A stretch of 64,000 nt of DNA, from NCBI GenBank assembly GCA_965249485.1, contig OZ252239.1, forward strand, positions 608,001 through 672,000. Reading direction: 5' to 3'. Shown here one piece after another: positions 20,909 through 30,344 of the stretch (position 1 is the stretch's first letter; each line of letters starts with the position of its first letter). Below the pieces are notes generated by a model that searched no databases, had not been told where the DNA came from, and saw only the letters and a list, made by a program, of their open reading frames with translations. The position numbers and the translations under genes are program-made. Source of the stretch: a bacterium (GTDB taxonomy: Bacteria; SM23-31).

Positions 20909-21819
20909 TACTTCTTAATCGAAACTCTTGTACCTGCATTGTCCGATTGAAGTATATAATACTTCGATTGTAATCTATTGTCCGAAAAGATCCGAACTAT
21001 TTTTTGTGCTATTTTATCTTCATCGTGCGTTGCTAATGCACATACTGTCGGACCTGATCCGCTTATAAATAGTCCGACAAGCCCTTTCTCGGGTTTGAGC
21101 TTAAGAATATCGCCCATACCAGGCACCAAACCTGCTCTATAGGGCTGATGAAGTTTATCCTTCAATATATGAGAAAGAAGTTCAAATTTTTTTCTTCTGA
21201 AACTCTCAAGCACGAGTGATGCACGCTGGAGATTGAAAACAATATCTTTAATTCCGTATTTCCCCGGTAAAATGCCTCGTGCTTTTTTTGTGGAAACATG
21301 AATTTCAGGGATCACAAAGACCAAGGAAAGCTCATTTGGAAATCTCTGCTTTAAATATTCTGCGTTGCCATCCTCTGTCTGCATAGCGGCCGTAAGACCG
21401 CCGACAAAGGAGGGGCATATATTATCGGGATGTCCTTCAATTTTGATTGCTTCGTCCAGAAGTTCCTGGTCGGAAAGTTTCAAACCGCCCAAATAGTTAG
21501 CAGCGACCACACCTGCAATTATCGCTGTTCCGCTACTTCCAAGACCGCGCGAAACAGGAATTTCGTTTTTAACATGAATTTTATAACCGGGAACGGGTAA
21601 ACCACGATCTTTAAACATTATTTCCAATGCAAAAGTGATGTAGTTTTGCGAGTTTGATTTTGTGATTAACTCACTGCCTTCACCAACAAACGAAACCTTT
21701 TGAACAGTGCCGGCACATTTTTCAGCTTTCACAGTTAAATATAGCTTGAGTGCAAGTCCGAAAACGTCGAATCCTGCCGCTAAATTGCTCGTACTCGCTG
21801 GAATTTTAATCGATATCAT
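20908..21819 (-). CDS. thrB: Homoserine kinase
   Basis: PASTSNL.GFD, PVSRGLGSSG (GHMP), EGHPDN, LHQPYR, SGSGPT. Confidence 0.96.
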   Translation of the reverse strand: MISIKIPASTSNLAAGFDVFGLALKLYLTVKAEKCAGTVQKVSFVGEGSELITKSNSQNYITFALEIMFKDRGLPVPGYKIHVKNEIPVSRGLGSSGTAIIAGVVAANYLGGLKLSDQELLDEAIKIEGHPDNICPSFVGGLTAAMQTEDGNAEYLKQRFPNELSLVFVIPEIHVSTKKARGILPGKYGIKDIVFNLQRASLVLESFRRKKFELLSHILKDKLHQPYRAGLVPGMGDILKLKPEKGLVGLFISGSGPTVCALATHDEDKIAQKIVRIFSDNRLQSKYYILQSDNAGTRVSIKK

Positions 21820-22043
21820 AGGAGTAAATTCGTTTGATTTGTTTATTGTAATTCATTAAGTTGGTTTCACTGTTTCGAAGAAGAAAGAACAGCAGCTCAA
21901 TTCACTGATTGTTGAACACAATGTAAGAAATTGTTCGGCATTATGAACTTTTTTCAGTAAAAATCGTTATTATTTTTGAAACAAGGAAAAAAATATACAT
22001 AATTATTGAACCATACACAATAAAATAGAGAGAAAGTATTTAT

Positions 22044-22065
22044 AAGTGTGATCTACATCAAATTC
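22044..22065. promoter_or_regulatory. CRP/FNR-family-like binding site
   Basis: AAGTGTGATCTACATCAAATTC versus the CRP consensus AAATGTGATCTAGATCACATTT, in the thrB/ogt divergent region. Confidence 0.5.
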
Positions 22066-22118
22066 AATTAAGCGCTTTAACAACTACATGGTAACTCCTG
22101 ATTAATTAACAAAAATTT

Positions 22119-22628
22119 ATGAAACAGATGAGAGCATTATCCCATTCAACATATAGATCTCCTGTCGGTGTACTCCACATTGGGGCTACCCAGCACGGAA
22201 TCTGCTCCATAACCTGGAACAGTGAAAAGTGGCAACAGTATATCGAAAAAACTGTTCAATCGTCCGACATAGAGATTTCCGATGACGAATTACCGTTTGA
22301 GCAGATAAAAACTGAGCTTGAGCACTACTTTCAGGGTTCTCTCAGAAAATTCACAACTCCTGTCGATCTGTTTAACCTGACACATTTCGAAAACAAAGTC
22401 CTGCATACCACACAACAAATCGGATATGGATCAGTGCTGTCGTATCAGGAAATTGGTGTCCGCATCGGTTCAGCTCAATCGTCTCGTGCTGTCGGTAACG
22501 CATTAGGGAAAAATCCTGTTCCAATTATTGTTCCATGTCACCGGGTTATAAAAACAGACGGTACACTCGGTGGTTTCGGTGGAGGATTGAATGTGAAAGA
22601 ATACTTACTACACCTTGAGCAGCAGTAA
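22119..22628 (+). CDS. ogt: Methylated-DNA--protein-cysteine methyltransferase
   Basis: RAVGNALGKNPVPIIVPCHRVI. Confidence 0.95.
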   Translation: MKQMRALSHSTYRSPVGVLHIGATQHGICSITWNSEKWQQYIEKTVQSSDIEISDDELPFEQIKTELEHYFQGSLRKFTTPVDLFNLTHFENKVLHTTQQIGYGSVLSYQEIGVRIGSAQSSRAVGNALGKNPVPIIVPCHRVIKTDGTLGGFGGGLNVKEYLLHLEQQ

Positions 22629-22761
22629 GCAAATAATAGCCGTGAAATAATTACTATGGTATAAACGGCTGAGAAAGAATTGCTTTGAGTGCTAGAAAAT
22701 ATCTTGAATTTAAAACCAATGAAAGGTGCTTTACGACACTTTTTGATCGAGATGCACAATA

Positions 22762-24495
22762 ATGTTCAACCGAATAATTCCTCAATGCGGCATTGTATCA
22801 TCAATCCTAATGTTTTCCCTCAATTGCGCTGTGCAAGGCTCACCCTCAGGGGGACCAATAGATGAAATACCACCGACCATAGTCGAAACATTTCCTGCAC
22901 CGGGAGACACCCTTATTTCACCGGAGACAGCCATATCAGTGACTTTTTCGGAAAGCATGGAACGGGAATCAGTACTTTCTGCTCTATTTATTTCTCCGAC
23001 ACCATCTGTAGTACCGAATTATTCATGGAAAGGTGAACGCCTTAATATAGATTTTGCCGAACCGCTCATGCCTGACCAGACCTACGTAATCAGTATAGGA
23101 TCTTCTGCACAAGACACGCGCAATAATCCCGCAGTTTCAACTCATACTTTTGCATTTTCAACCGGTTTACAACTTGATCAGGGCACGATAACCGGGAAAG
23201 TTTACAAAAGCGGCAGCACTTTTGCCCTTGAGGGAGAACCAAATGCATTACTATGGGCATACAGATTAGATGAGGCTTCATCACCTGTCCCAACTTCACA
23301 TATGGGCACCTATACCACTCAGGCTGATGCTGAAGGCAGATTTCAACTGACAAATCTTACTGAAGGACTATATAGGGTATTTTCATTCACTAACAGTGAC
23401 AAAGATTTTACTTACTTTATGCGTGGTGATTTTACTGGTTTCCCAGCAGGTGAAATTATTGTGGATGACTCAACTAGCGCTTTTGAAGTAACATTTTTTC
23501 CTGTCGCGGCAGACACATTACCACTTCAGGTTTCACTTCTTGATTCTCCTGTCAGAGAGCATATCACCATAACATTCGATAAACCACTCGATAAAAAAAC
23601 ACTCCGTTCTGAAAATTTCACTATCGTTGAAGATCCTGGGGGCATAATTCTTGATAATGGAGTTTCCGAATACCTGTTCTCCGAACGTACACCAAGAAGT
23701 GTAACGCTCTTTTCCAGTATACTTGAGCCGAACAAGGAATATCAAGTAGAAATTGACGGCGTCTCTGACATATTCGGTAACACGATTTCTAACTACAGTG
23801 ATTCAATAACAATGTTTGTTGGTGCTGTTCTTGAAAGTGATGCCGAATTTTTACTTGAATCAGTAAGTCCGGATGATTCGGCTTTGAATGTGCCTATATA
23901 TGAGCCGCTATCTCTTATCTTCAGCAAGCCCACAGACCTGCACCTCATAAGTAATTACATAACCATAACCGATTCATTAGGAAACAGTATTGCAGGTGTA
24001 TTTTCAAAGGAGACCTCCTCACATTTCACGTTTGTATCTGAAGATAAATTGTGGCAACCAGATATGAAGTATTTTATGGCTTTAATTGCAGATTCAATAA
24101 CGAGCACCGATGAATACGTTTTAAATCACCCTGACACACTCTATACATTTTCGACGCTTGGCCTGACGAAAACAGGTTTAATATTAGGCAATGTAACTGT
24201 TGAAGGAAATTATGGCGGACATCCAATTGTTGTGAGCGCTCAACCCATGAATAATTCAAGAATGCAAACAGTCATACTAACATTAGAAGAGCCAGGGCAA
24301 TATCTATTTAACGGATTATTACCTGGTGAATATCTTGTGTCAGCCTTTCTTGACAGAAATCGTGATGAGCGGTGGTTTCAGGGGTTGCTTATACCTTACA
24401 AACCATCAGAACCTTTTGCAGTGTATGCCAAACCGGTTACCGTGCGTCAGGGTATCGACAATGTGGGGATAGATATTAATTTAAATGAATACTAA
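22762..24495 (+). CDS. Lipoprotein with repeated Ig-like (Big_5) domains
   Basis: LNCAVQGSPSGGPIDEIPP N-terminus, VTFSESM, FSTG, AFLDRNRD. Confidence 0.85.
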   Translation: MFNRIIPQCGIVSSILMFSLNCAVQGSPSGGPIDEIPPTIVETFPAPGDTLISPETAISVTFSESMERESVLSALFISPTPSVVPNYSWKGERLNIDFAEPLMPDQTYVISIGSSAQDTRNNPAVSTHTFAFSTGLQLDQGTITGKVYKSGSTFALEGEPNALLWAYRLDEASSPVPTSHMGTYTTQADAEGRFQLTNLTEGLYRVFSFTNSDKDFTYFMRGDFTGFPAGEIIVDDSTSAFEVTFFPVAADTLPLQVSLLDSPVREHITITFDKPLDKKTLRSENFTIVEDPGGIILDNGVSEYLFSERTPRSVTLFSSILEPNKEYQVEIDGVSDIFGNTISNYSDSITMFVGAVLESDAEFLLESVSPDDSALNVPIYEPLSLIFSKPTDLHLISNYITITDSLGNSIAGVFSKETSSHFTFVSEDKLWQPDMKYFMALIADSITSTDEYVLNHPDTLYTFSTLGLTKTGLILGNVTVEGNYGGHPIVVSAQPMNNSRMQTVILTLEEPGQYLFNGLLPGEYLVSAFLDRNRDERWFQGLLIPYKPSEPFAVYAKPVTVRQGIDNVGIDINLNEY

Positions 24496-24626
24496 TTATC
24501 AATGCAATATTGGACTTTTACCTGCTCCCATATAATAAGAAAAATAGTGCATATTACTTTGCAGATACTAACAAATGGAGAGATTACTCTAGCTGTTCAA
24601 GTACTCAACAGAGACAATGTGATTAA

Positions 24627-25424
24627 ATGAAATTGCAATTTGATAAATACTCCGTACACGGCAACGATTTTCTCGTATTCGACAACAGAGAGAGTCAAAT
24701 TTCCACACAGGCATATGATCTTTTTAAGAAGTTATGTGCACGAAGAACATCAGTTGGTGCGGACGGAGTTATATTGATTTCTACAGAGAAGCCTGATTTC
24801 TGTGTCAGGTTTTATAATCCTGACGGAAATCCTGCTCTTATGTGCGGAAATGGGTCACGCGCTGCAGCAGATTTCGCCCAAAAAAGGAAAATTATTGAAC
24901 AAGAAGCGGAATTTTCGGTTAATAATGTTACCCATAGAGTGAAATTTGGTGAAAATCAATCTATCGGTATTGAAATTCATGTTGAGGACATTGCTTGTAA
25001 AAGCTATGAATTTAACTACGAAAACAAAAAATATACTGGCTATTTGTGCGACTCGGGTGTACCGCATATAGTTTTTCTTGACTTAGATATATCAGATGAT
25101 GAGTTTCTGCCGTTCGCTCAATACATCCGATGTGCACCACAGTGGAGTCCACAAGGAGTAAACGTCAATTCAGTTCACCTTATCGACAAAAATACAATCA
25201 CGATTAAAACATATGAACGGGGTGTTGAGAATATTACTTTATCATGCGGAACCGGCGCAGTTGCTTCTGCTTGCGTGGTAGAACAGGAACGGGCAATGTT
25301 AAAGCCCATCAAAGTTCGTTCTGAGGAAGGTACTCTACTTGTTGCCGAATCGGATAATGCCCACTCACTCTGGCTCTGGGGTGGTGTTACGAGGGTATAT
25401 TCCGGTATCATCGATGATGATTGA
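24627..25424 (+). CDS. dapF: Diaminopimelate epimerase
   Basis: GNDF, MCGNG, GVPH, ERGV, SCGTG. Confidence 0.95.
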   Translation: MKLQFDKYSVHGNDFLVFDNRESQISTQAYDLFKKLCARRTSVGADGVILISTEKPDFCVRFYNPDGNPALMCGNGSRAAADFAQKRKIIEQEAEFSVNNVTHRVKFGENQSIGIEIHVEDIACKSYEFNYENKKYTGYLCDSGVPHIVFLDLDISDDEFLPFAQYIRCAPQWSPQGVNVNSVHLIDKNTITIKTYERGVENITLSCGTGAVASACVVEQERAMLKPIKVRSEEGTLLVAESDNAHSLWLWGGVTRVYSGIIDDD

Positions 25425-25466
25425 TTTGTTATTGCAAGATTGTCAACATTTTCACGGGAGAAAATT

Positions 25467-26555
25467 ATGCATGCACTCATAATAGCGGGTGGCTCAGGAA
25501 AACGATTTTGGCCTATGAGCAGAACAAAAAACCCAAAACAATTTCTGAACCTATTCGGTGAAACAAGCATGATTCAAATGACCTACGAGCGTCTAATGCC
25601 GCTTGTTAAGCCGGATAACATCCTTGTCATAACGAATAAAGAGCAAAAGGCACTTGCCGCTCAACACCTTCCAGAGTTGCCGGATGGCAATATTATCGGT
25701 GAACCTCTCAGCAGGAATACGGCACCCTGCATCGGACTTGGTGCTATGTTAGCGGCACTCAAAAACCCTGATGAAGTGCAAATCGTATTGCCTGCGGACC
25801 ATCTCATTCAAGATGTGGAAGAATTCCGCAGGATCCTCAAACTAGGTGTGGATCTGGCAATCGAAAAGGAGTGTCTCATAACCATCGGGATTAATCCGAC
25901 CCGACCTGAAACCGGTTACGGATATATTCAGACAGATCCACAAGCAACTCCGGATGTGCTTTCGGAAAAATACAGAAATCAAGGTGTACAAAAAGTAAAA
26001 ACTTTTGCCGAGAAACCGAATCTGGAAACAGCAATACGTTTTCTGGAAAGTGGGGATTTCTTGTGGAACAGCGGTATTTTTATCTGGAAAGCCAAGTCAA
26101 TTCTTCAGGCATTGGACGAGTTTGTTCCTGATTTATACGACAGCTTGATGAATATAAAAAATGAAATAGGAAAGCCGGGATTCAGTAAAGCATTACTCAC
26201 TGCTTACAGGCAGGTAAAAAGTATATCAATAGATTATGCAGTAATGGAAAAATCTGATAACGTATTTCTCCTCAAGGGCGATTTCGGTTGGAGTGATGTA
26301 GGGAGTTGGGAAGAGTTTTATAAGGTTAATTCAAAAGATAAAGATGGCAATATCATATTAGGTTCCGGTGTGCTACGGGACTCCAGTAACAACCTTATCA
26401 TATCAGACAAACCGTTTGTGGCGGGTATCGGCATCAAAGATATGGTAATCGTACAATCAAATAATGTTCTCCTTGTTTGTCCACGTGACCGTTCGCAGGA
26501 TGTCAAAGAAATTGTTGATTATTTATCACGTCAGGACATGAATAAAATCTTATAA
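25467..26555 (+). CDS. manC: Mannose-1-phosphate guanylyltransferase
   Basis: AGGSGKRFWPMSR, RNTAP, PETGYGYI, WNSGIF, SIDYAVME, WSDVGSW. Confidence 0.93.
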   Translation: MHALIIAGGSGKRFWPMSRTKNPKQFLNLFGETSMIQMTYERLMPLVKPDNILVITNKEQKALAAQHLPELPDGNIIGEPLSRNTAPCIGLGAMLAALKNPDEVQIVLPADHLIQDVEEFRRILKLGVDLAIEKECLITIGINPTRPETGYGYIQTDPQATPDVLSEKYRNQGVQKVKTFAEKPNLETAIRFLESGDFLWNSGIFIWKAKSILQALDEFVPDLYDSLMNIKNEIGKPGFSKALLTAYRQVKSISIDYAVMEKSDNVFLLKGDFGWSDVGSWEEFYKVNSKDKDGNIILGSGVLRDSSNNLIISDKPFVAGIGIKDMVIVQSNNVLLVCPRDRSQDVKEIVDYLSRQDMNKIL

Positions 26556-26748
26556 TATCCTCATTTTGAACATCAGTTGTAAGTCCATTGCATCACTTCG
26601 CAGTATGTAAAAAAATACTACTATCTATGGAGGCGATCTGCATATTACTCAAGAAAGAGATAGTGCCGCACTGACTGTTATGCATTTTTCTTTTAAAAAA
26701 GTTTGAAAATGGTATTTTTGAAGAGTAGTATGATATCAGAGGTGATGC

Positions 26749-27939
26749 TTAAAAATTAATGGAAGCACCAATACGAAACGGGAAGTTTGCATCAAACTTA
26801 TCTGAAAACCACGTGTTGTAGTTAATTTCTGCAAAAAACCGTGTTACCTGATAGTAATAATCCACTCCTGCCACCGCGTGCAATCCCCAGAATCCGCCCA
26901 TAGATTTTTTATCACTTAAAGAACGTGTTTCTTCACCAAGCAGCTTGTCGATTAAAACTTGATGATTGATTGTCACATCAACCGCCGCATAGTTGATCCC
27001 TATTCCCAGACGGGGAACATAGGGTCTGCCAAGCGGTTGGCCGGTAAAATGGGATAGCGATTTCGAGAATTGTGAAATCTGCATGGTTAGTGACCAGTTG
27101 ACAATCCGGGATTGGATGTCAAAATCCCAGTTATTCACCGATATAATTTCTTCCGGAGGAATAGAATCTTCGCTACGGACCGAGTTTACTACGGAATTAT
27201 GGTTGATTATCGACAGTCCGCCCTCAACTGATAAATATCTTGACATCATTTTTGAGGCAATAAAGCTGATTCCACCATTTGATGAGAATGATGAGTTGAA
27301 AATTCCATCACCTGTATATATTACATCATTGACTTCACTAATAAGATTTTCGGTAACTGGCTGAGCAATTTGATCAAAATCGCGAAAATATGTGAATCCG
27401 ATTGCGTACGGTTTATAAGTAATACTTCGGACTTCATTTTCAAGAATTTTAACAATCGGCTTTTCATCGGGTTCATTTTCCGGTTTCGGCGTTTCGAATG
27501 TTTTTTCTTTCAGCATTTCGACTGCTTCTGAGGATAAGGAGTAACGCTGCCTGACTTTATCCATGACTATATCGGGCAATCCCTTCGGAATAAGGACTAT
27601 TCTATTCCCCTCAGGTTCACCTTCCATAACCTTGGAAATAATGCGTACCACACAATATTCCGGAAAAACCTGCGTTACCTGTACTGTGCCGAAAAATTCC
27701 GATTTCGTGCTGTATTGAATGCGGATGAAGGGAAGCCGTTTTGCTTTTTCAAAGGAAAGATTATAGATCGCATGTTCTTTGATGCCGTCATTTACTCCGA
27801 CGTTTAGAATGTAAAGGTTGCCGACTTTTTTCAGCAAATAATTGTGATGTTCTTGTGCATATGTTGTGCCGAAGAGCGTGAGACTCGCCAGAAGTGTGCA
27901 CAGGAGCGTATAAAACCTTGTTTTTTGTCGAATTATCAT
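26749..27939 (-). CDS. Secreted/outer-membrane protein with C-terminal beta-barrel
   Basis: Signal peptide MIIRQKTRFYTLLCTLLASLTLFGTTYAQ at codon 214 of the 609-aa track ORF; amphipathic strands ending RIGASINF. Confidence 0.7.
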   Translation of the reverse strand: MIIRQKTRFYTLLCTLLASLTLFGTTYAQEHHNYLLKKVGNLYILNVGVNDGIKEHAIYNLSFEKAKRLPFIRIQYSTKSEFFGTVQVTQVFPEYCVVRIISKVMEGEPEGNRIVLIPKGLPDIVMDKVRQRYSLSSEAVEMLKEKTFETPKPENEPDEKPIVKILENEVRSITYKPYAIGFTYFRDFDQIAQPVTENLISEVNDVIYTGDGIFNSSFSSNGGISFIASKMMSRYLSVEGGLSIINHNSVVNSVRSEDSIPPEEIISVNNWDFDIQSRIVNWSLTMQISQFSKSLSHFTGQPLGRPYVPRLGIGINYAAVDVTINHQVLIDKLLGEETRSLSDKKSMGGFWGLHAVAGVDYYYQVTRFFAEINYNTWFSDKFDANFPFRIGASINF

Positions 27940-28019
27940 AAGTCTTTTAAAAATCAAGTGTTTTTTGCCGAGACTCAATTGTATCGAGATCGGCTTTTTC
28001 AAATATCCTTTTATTGCAG

Positions 28020-28464
28020 TTAGTTTCTGCTTCGGAATCTTAGTTTTCCAGCAAAGTCTTCCGGGGCCGCCTTGATGAGCTTGAATTGTGGTAATATCTC
28101 TGATGGTATCCACCATTTCTGCAACTTCAGGCTCTTGTGTGACAAGTTCAACCGAATCGATATCGATTACTTCAATTTCAATGTCGGGAATCCACTTTAA
28201 ACCGCCAAATTGGGAAGAGTACATTTCTTCTTTTTTGTTTTCAGAGACAAACCGGTTAATTATCTTGTATAGCTCATCATACCTGTTTGTCATACTGTAC
28301 AAATAGCACAACTCATATAGCTGTTTTAACTCACGGGGACTTTCTCTCATAGTGTCTGCCTTGCGCATGAGCGTGCTGATCATGCTCTGCATCATCTGTG
28401 CATCTTTCCTCTCACAGGCACTCAGAATTTGTTTGTATTGGTATTTATGGAGATACTTTTGCAT
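28020..28464 (-). CDS. Hypothetical protein, probably separate from the downstream beta-barrel gene
   Basis: AAGGAG upstream of ATG 28464 (MQKYLHK). The 3' end is uncertain; an alternative-frame stop lies at 28022-28020. Confidence 0.45.
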
Positions 28465-28694
28465 TGGTTTTGCCGCTCCTTTGCTTGTATTAGTATCGGC
28501 AGTAGTGATATAGGACTTAAAATTACTGCTGGAGATTATGGCTGGAGAATAACTGCAGTCATATTGTGATTTATGCAACGTTAGTGAAATTATATTGGTT
28601 TGTCAAGCGAAAACCACTCATTTCGGATCAAAAAACATATCATATTCAAGGTCTTTTTCAAACACCTGCTCGTCCACTGTACTACCACATGAAT

Positions 28695-29374
28695 TCATAC
28701 TACCCATGTACATACTCCCAGATCGCTGTACTCGCCGCATTTCCAATGCAGTTGGATTATGATCGGTTTGGGCAGTTCACAAATCTGTCCGATTGTTGTG
28801 ATACCGAGTTCATGGAGCACCGATTCCACGTAAGAGTCGGACAGGCAGATCACGCAGGAATACTTTTTCATTACCATGCGGCACGATAGTTAAACCCGCG
28901 GGTTTGTTGAGCCCTGAGGCAATCCGTGCAATGAGGTTTGACGAAGCGACACCAATCGAAACCGTCAAGCGGGTTTTGTCGAGAATCTTCTTCTGGATCG
29001 CTGCAGCAGTATTCGTTGTCGACAGAGACCGGCATTGTATATGAGTAATATCAAGATAGAAATCATTAAGAGACGCAATTTCGACATCCGGCAAAAAACT
29101 ATGCGGAATTTCCTTAATTATCAATCTAACTGCTCGGTATCGCCGCAAATTCCCCTTAACAAAAAACGCATCCAGGCACAACTCATGTGTTTCCCCGGAG
29201 GGACATCCCAACCTTTACACCTCTTCGACGCGCATCATAACTTGCGCTATGGACGCATCAGCGCGGGTGTGGGAGTCCACTGACAATCACCGGTTTTCCG
29301 GTAAGAATCGGATTACTGCTCTGCTCAACAGACGCAAAGAATGCATCGACATCGAGATGGATTATTGTTTGCAT
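28695..29374 (-). pseudogene. dinB: DNA polymerase IV pseudogene
   Basis: [18 protein letters not shown] start; in-frame TGA at 29260-29258; frameshift near 29195; SLNDFYLD in place of SIDE; further stop at 28812-28810; little-finger domain missing. Confidence 0.9.
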
Positions 29375-29622
29375 AGGCCATGTAGAATACATACGTATAT
29401 ATAATATGCAAATGTATACTATACGGTGCAAGAAAGATAGTAGTATCTGTACATAATAATAATCTACAGATTTGTGAAAAGCTGTCTTGAGTCCATACCG
29501 GAAAGCTGCTGTCTTGCGGTTATGAAGCGCACAAAATAATTTGGAAAACAGAAAAATTTGTAGTATCTTTCGGGGTTATATAAAAAAGAGCTTGAACTGA
29601 AAAAAAAGAAAAGTGAAAAAAG

Positions 29623-29766
29623 ATGAAACGGACATTTCAACCAAGCAATAGAAAGCGGCGGAACAAACACGGTTTTCGGTCACGAATGCAAACTAAAGGT
29701 GGCCAAAACGTCATCAGTGACCGCAGAAAAAAAGGCAGGACCCGCTTAACTGTCAGTGACGAGTAG
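29623..29766 (+). CDS. rpmH: 50S ribosomal protein L34
   Basis: [47 protein letters not shown] (below the track size cutoff). Confidence 0.98.
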   Translation: MKRTFQPSNRKRRNKHGFRSRMQTKGGQNVISDRRKKGRTRLTVSDE

Positions 29767-30118
29767 TCCACAAAAATCCAGCACTCTCGCAAAGCGCGAA
29801 CGCCTGAAAAGCCCTTCGGAAATATCGACAGTCCTGAGGAACGGTATTCGTCTCAAGGGAAGGGCTGTATCACTTTACTTTACAGAATCTGATGATATTG
29901 CATTCGCTGTGCTGGTCTCGAAGCATATAGGATCGGCCGTTGAGAGGAATAGAGCGAAACGGTGGGTACGCGAAATTTTCCGAACACACAAATACATGCT
30001 GCCGTTATCATGTTCTTTACTTATAAAATTAGAGAAACATATCGCACATATCGATTATTCCATATTGAAAGCCGACATTATTTACCTACTAGGAAAAATC
30101 GGGCCGGGGGAAAAATGA
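29756..30118 (+). CDS. rnpA: Ribonuclease P protein component
   Basis: [20 protein letters not shown] (RNR motif); position after rpmH. Confidence 0.95.
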   Translation: MTSSPQKSSTLAKRERLKSPSEISTVLRNGIRLKGRAVSLYFTESDDIAFAVLVSKHIGSAVERNRAKRWVREIFRTHKYMLPLSCSLLIKLEKHIAHIDYSILKADIIYLLGKIGPGEK

Positions 30119-30324
30119 AATCATTATTGTCCTTATCTATACAAGCCTATCAAATGCTCATATCGCCGCTGTTACCGGCCGTTTGCCGGTTTCAGCCATC
30201 GTGTTCCGAGTATGCCATTCTGGCGATTCAGAAATACGGACCTATAAAAGGCATTTATAAGGCAGTTCGACGATTGCTGTATTGTCATCCGTTTTCGCGA
30301 AAGCATGGATGGGATCCTGTTTAA
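30115..30324 (+). CDS. yidD: Membrane protein insertion efficiency factor
   Basis: YQMLISPLLPAVCRFQPSCSEYA...CHPF...GWDPV. Confidence 0.95.
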   Translation: MKSLLSLSIQAYQMLISPLLPAVCRFQPSCSEYAILAIQKYGPIKGIYKAVRRLLYCHPFSRKHGWDPV

Positions 30325-30344
30325 TCCAGTATTAGAGATATACT

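Noticed and set aside
21820..22118. Thr-rich leader peptide upstream of thrB
   Set aside because: The short ORF read there (MPNNFLHCVQQSVN) has no Thr/Ile run and no terminator follows
29258..29260. In-frame TGA in dinB as selenocysteine or UGA=Gly recoding
   Set aside because: It aligns to Gly rather than Cys, the gene has several other lesions, and TGA is a normal stop in rnpA, mnmG, secG and aspS
29464..29670. Minus-strand 68-aa ORF upstream of rnpA
   Set aside because: Antisense to rpmH and its promoter; low complexity
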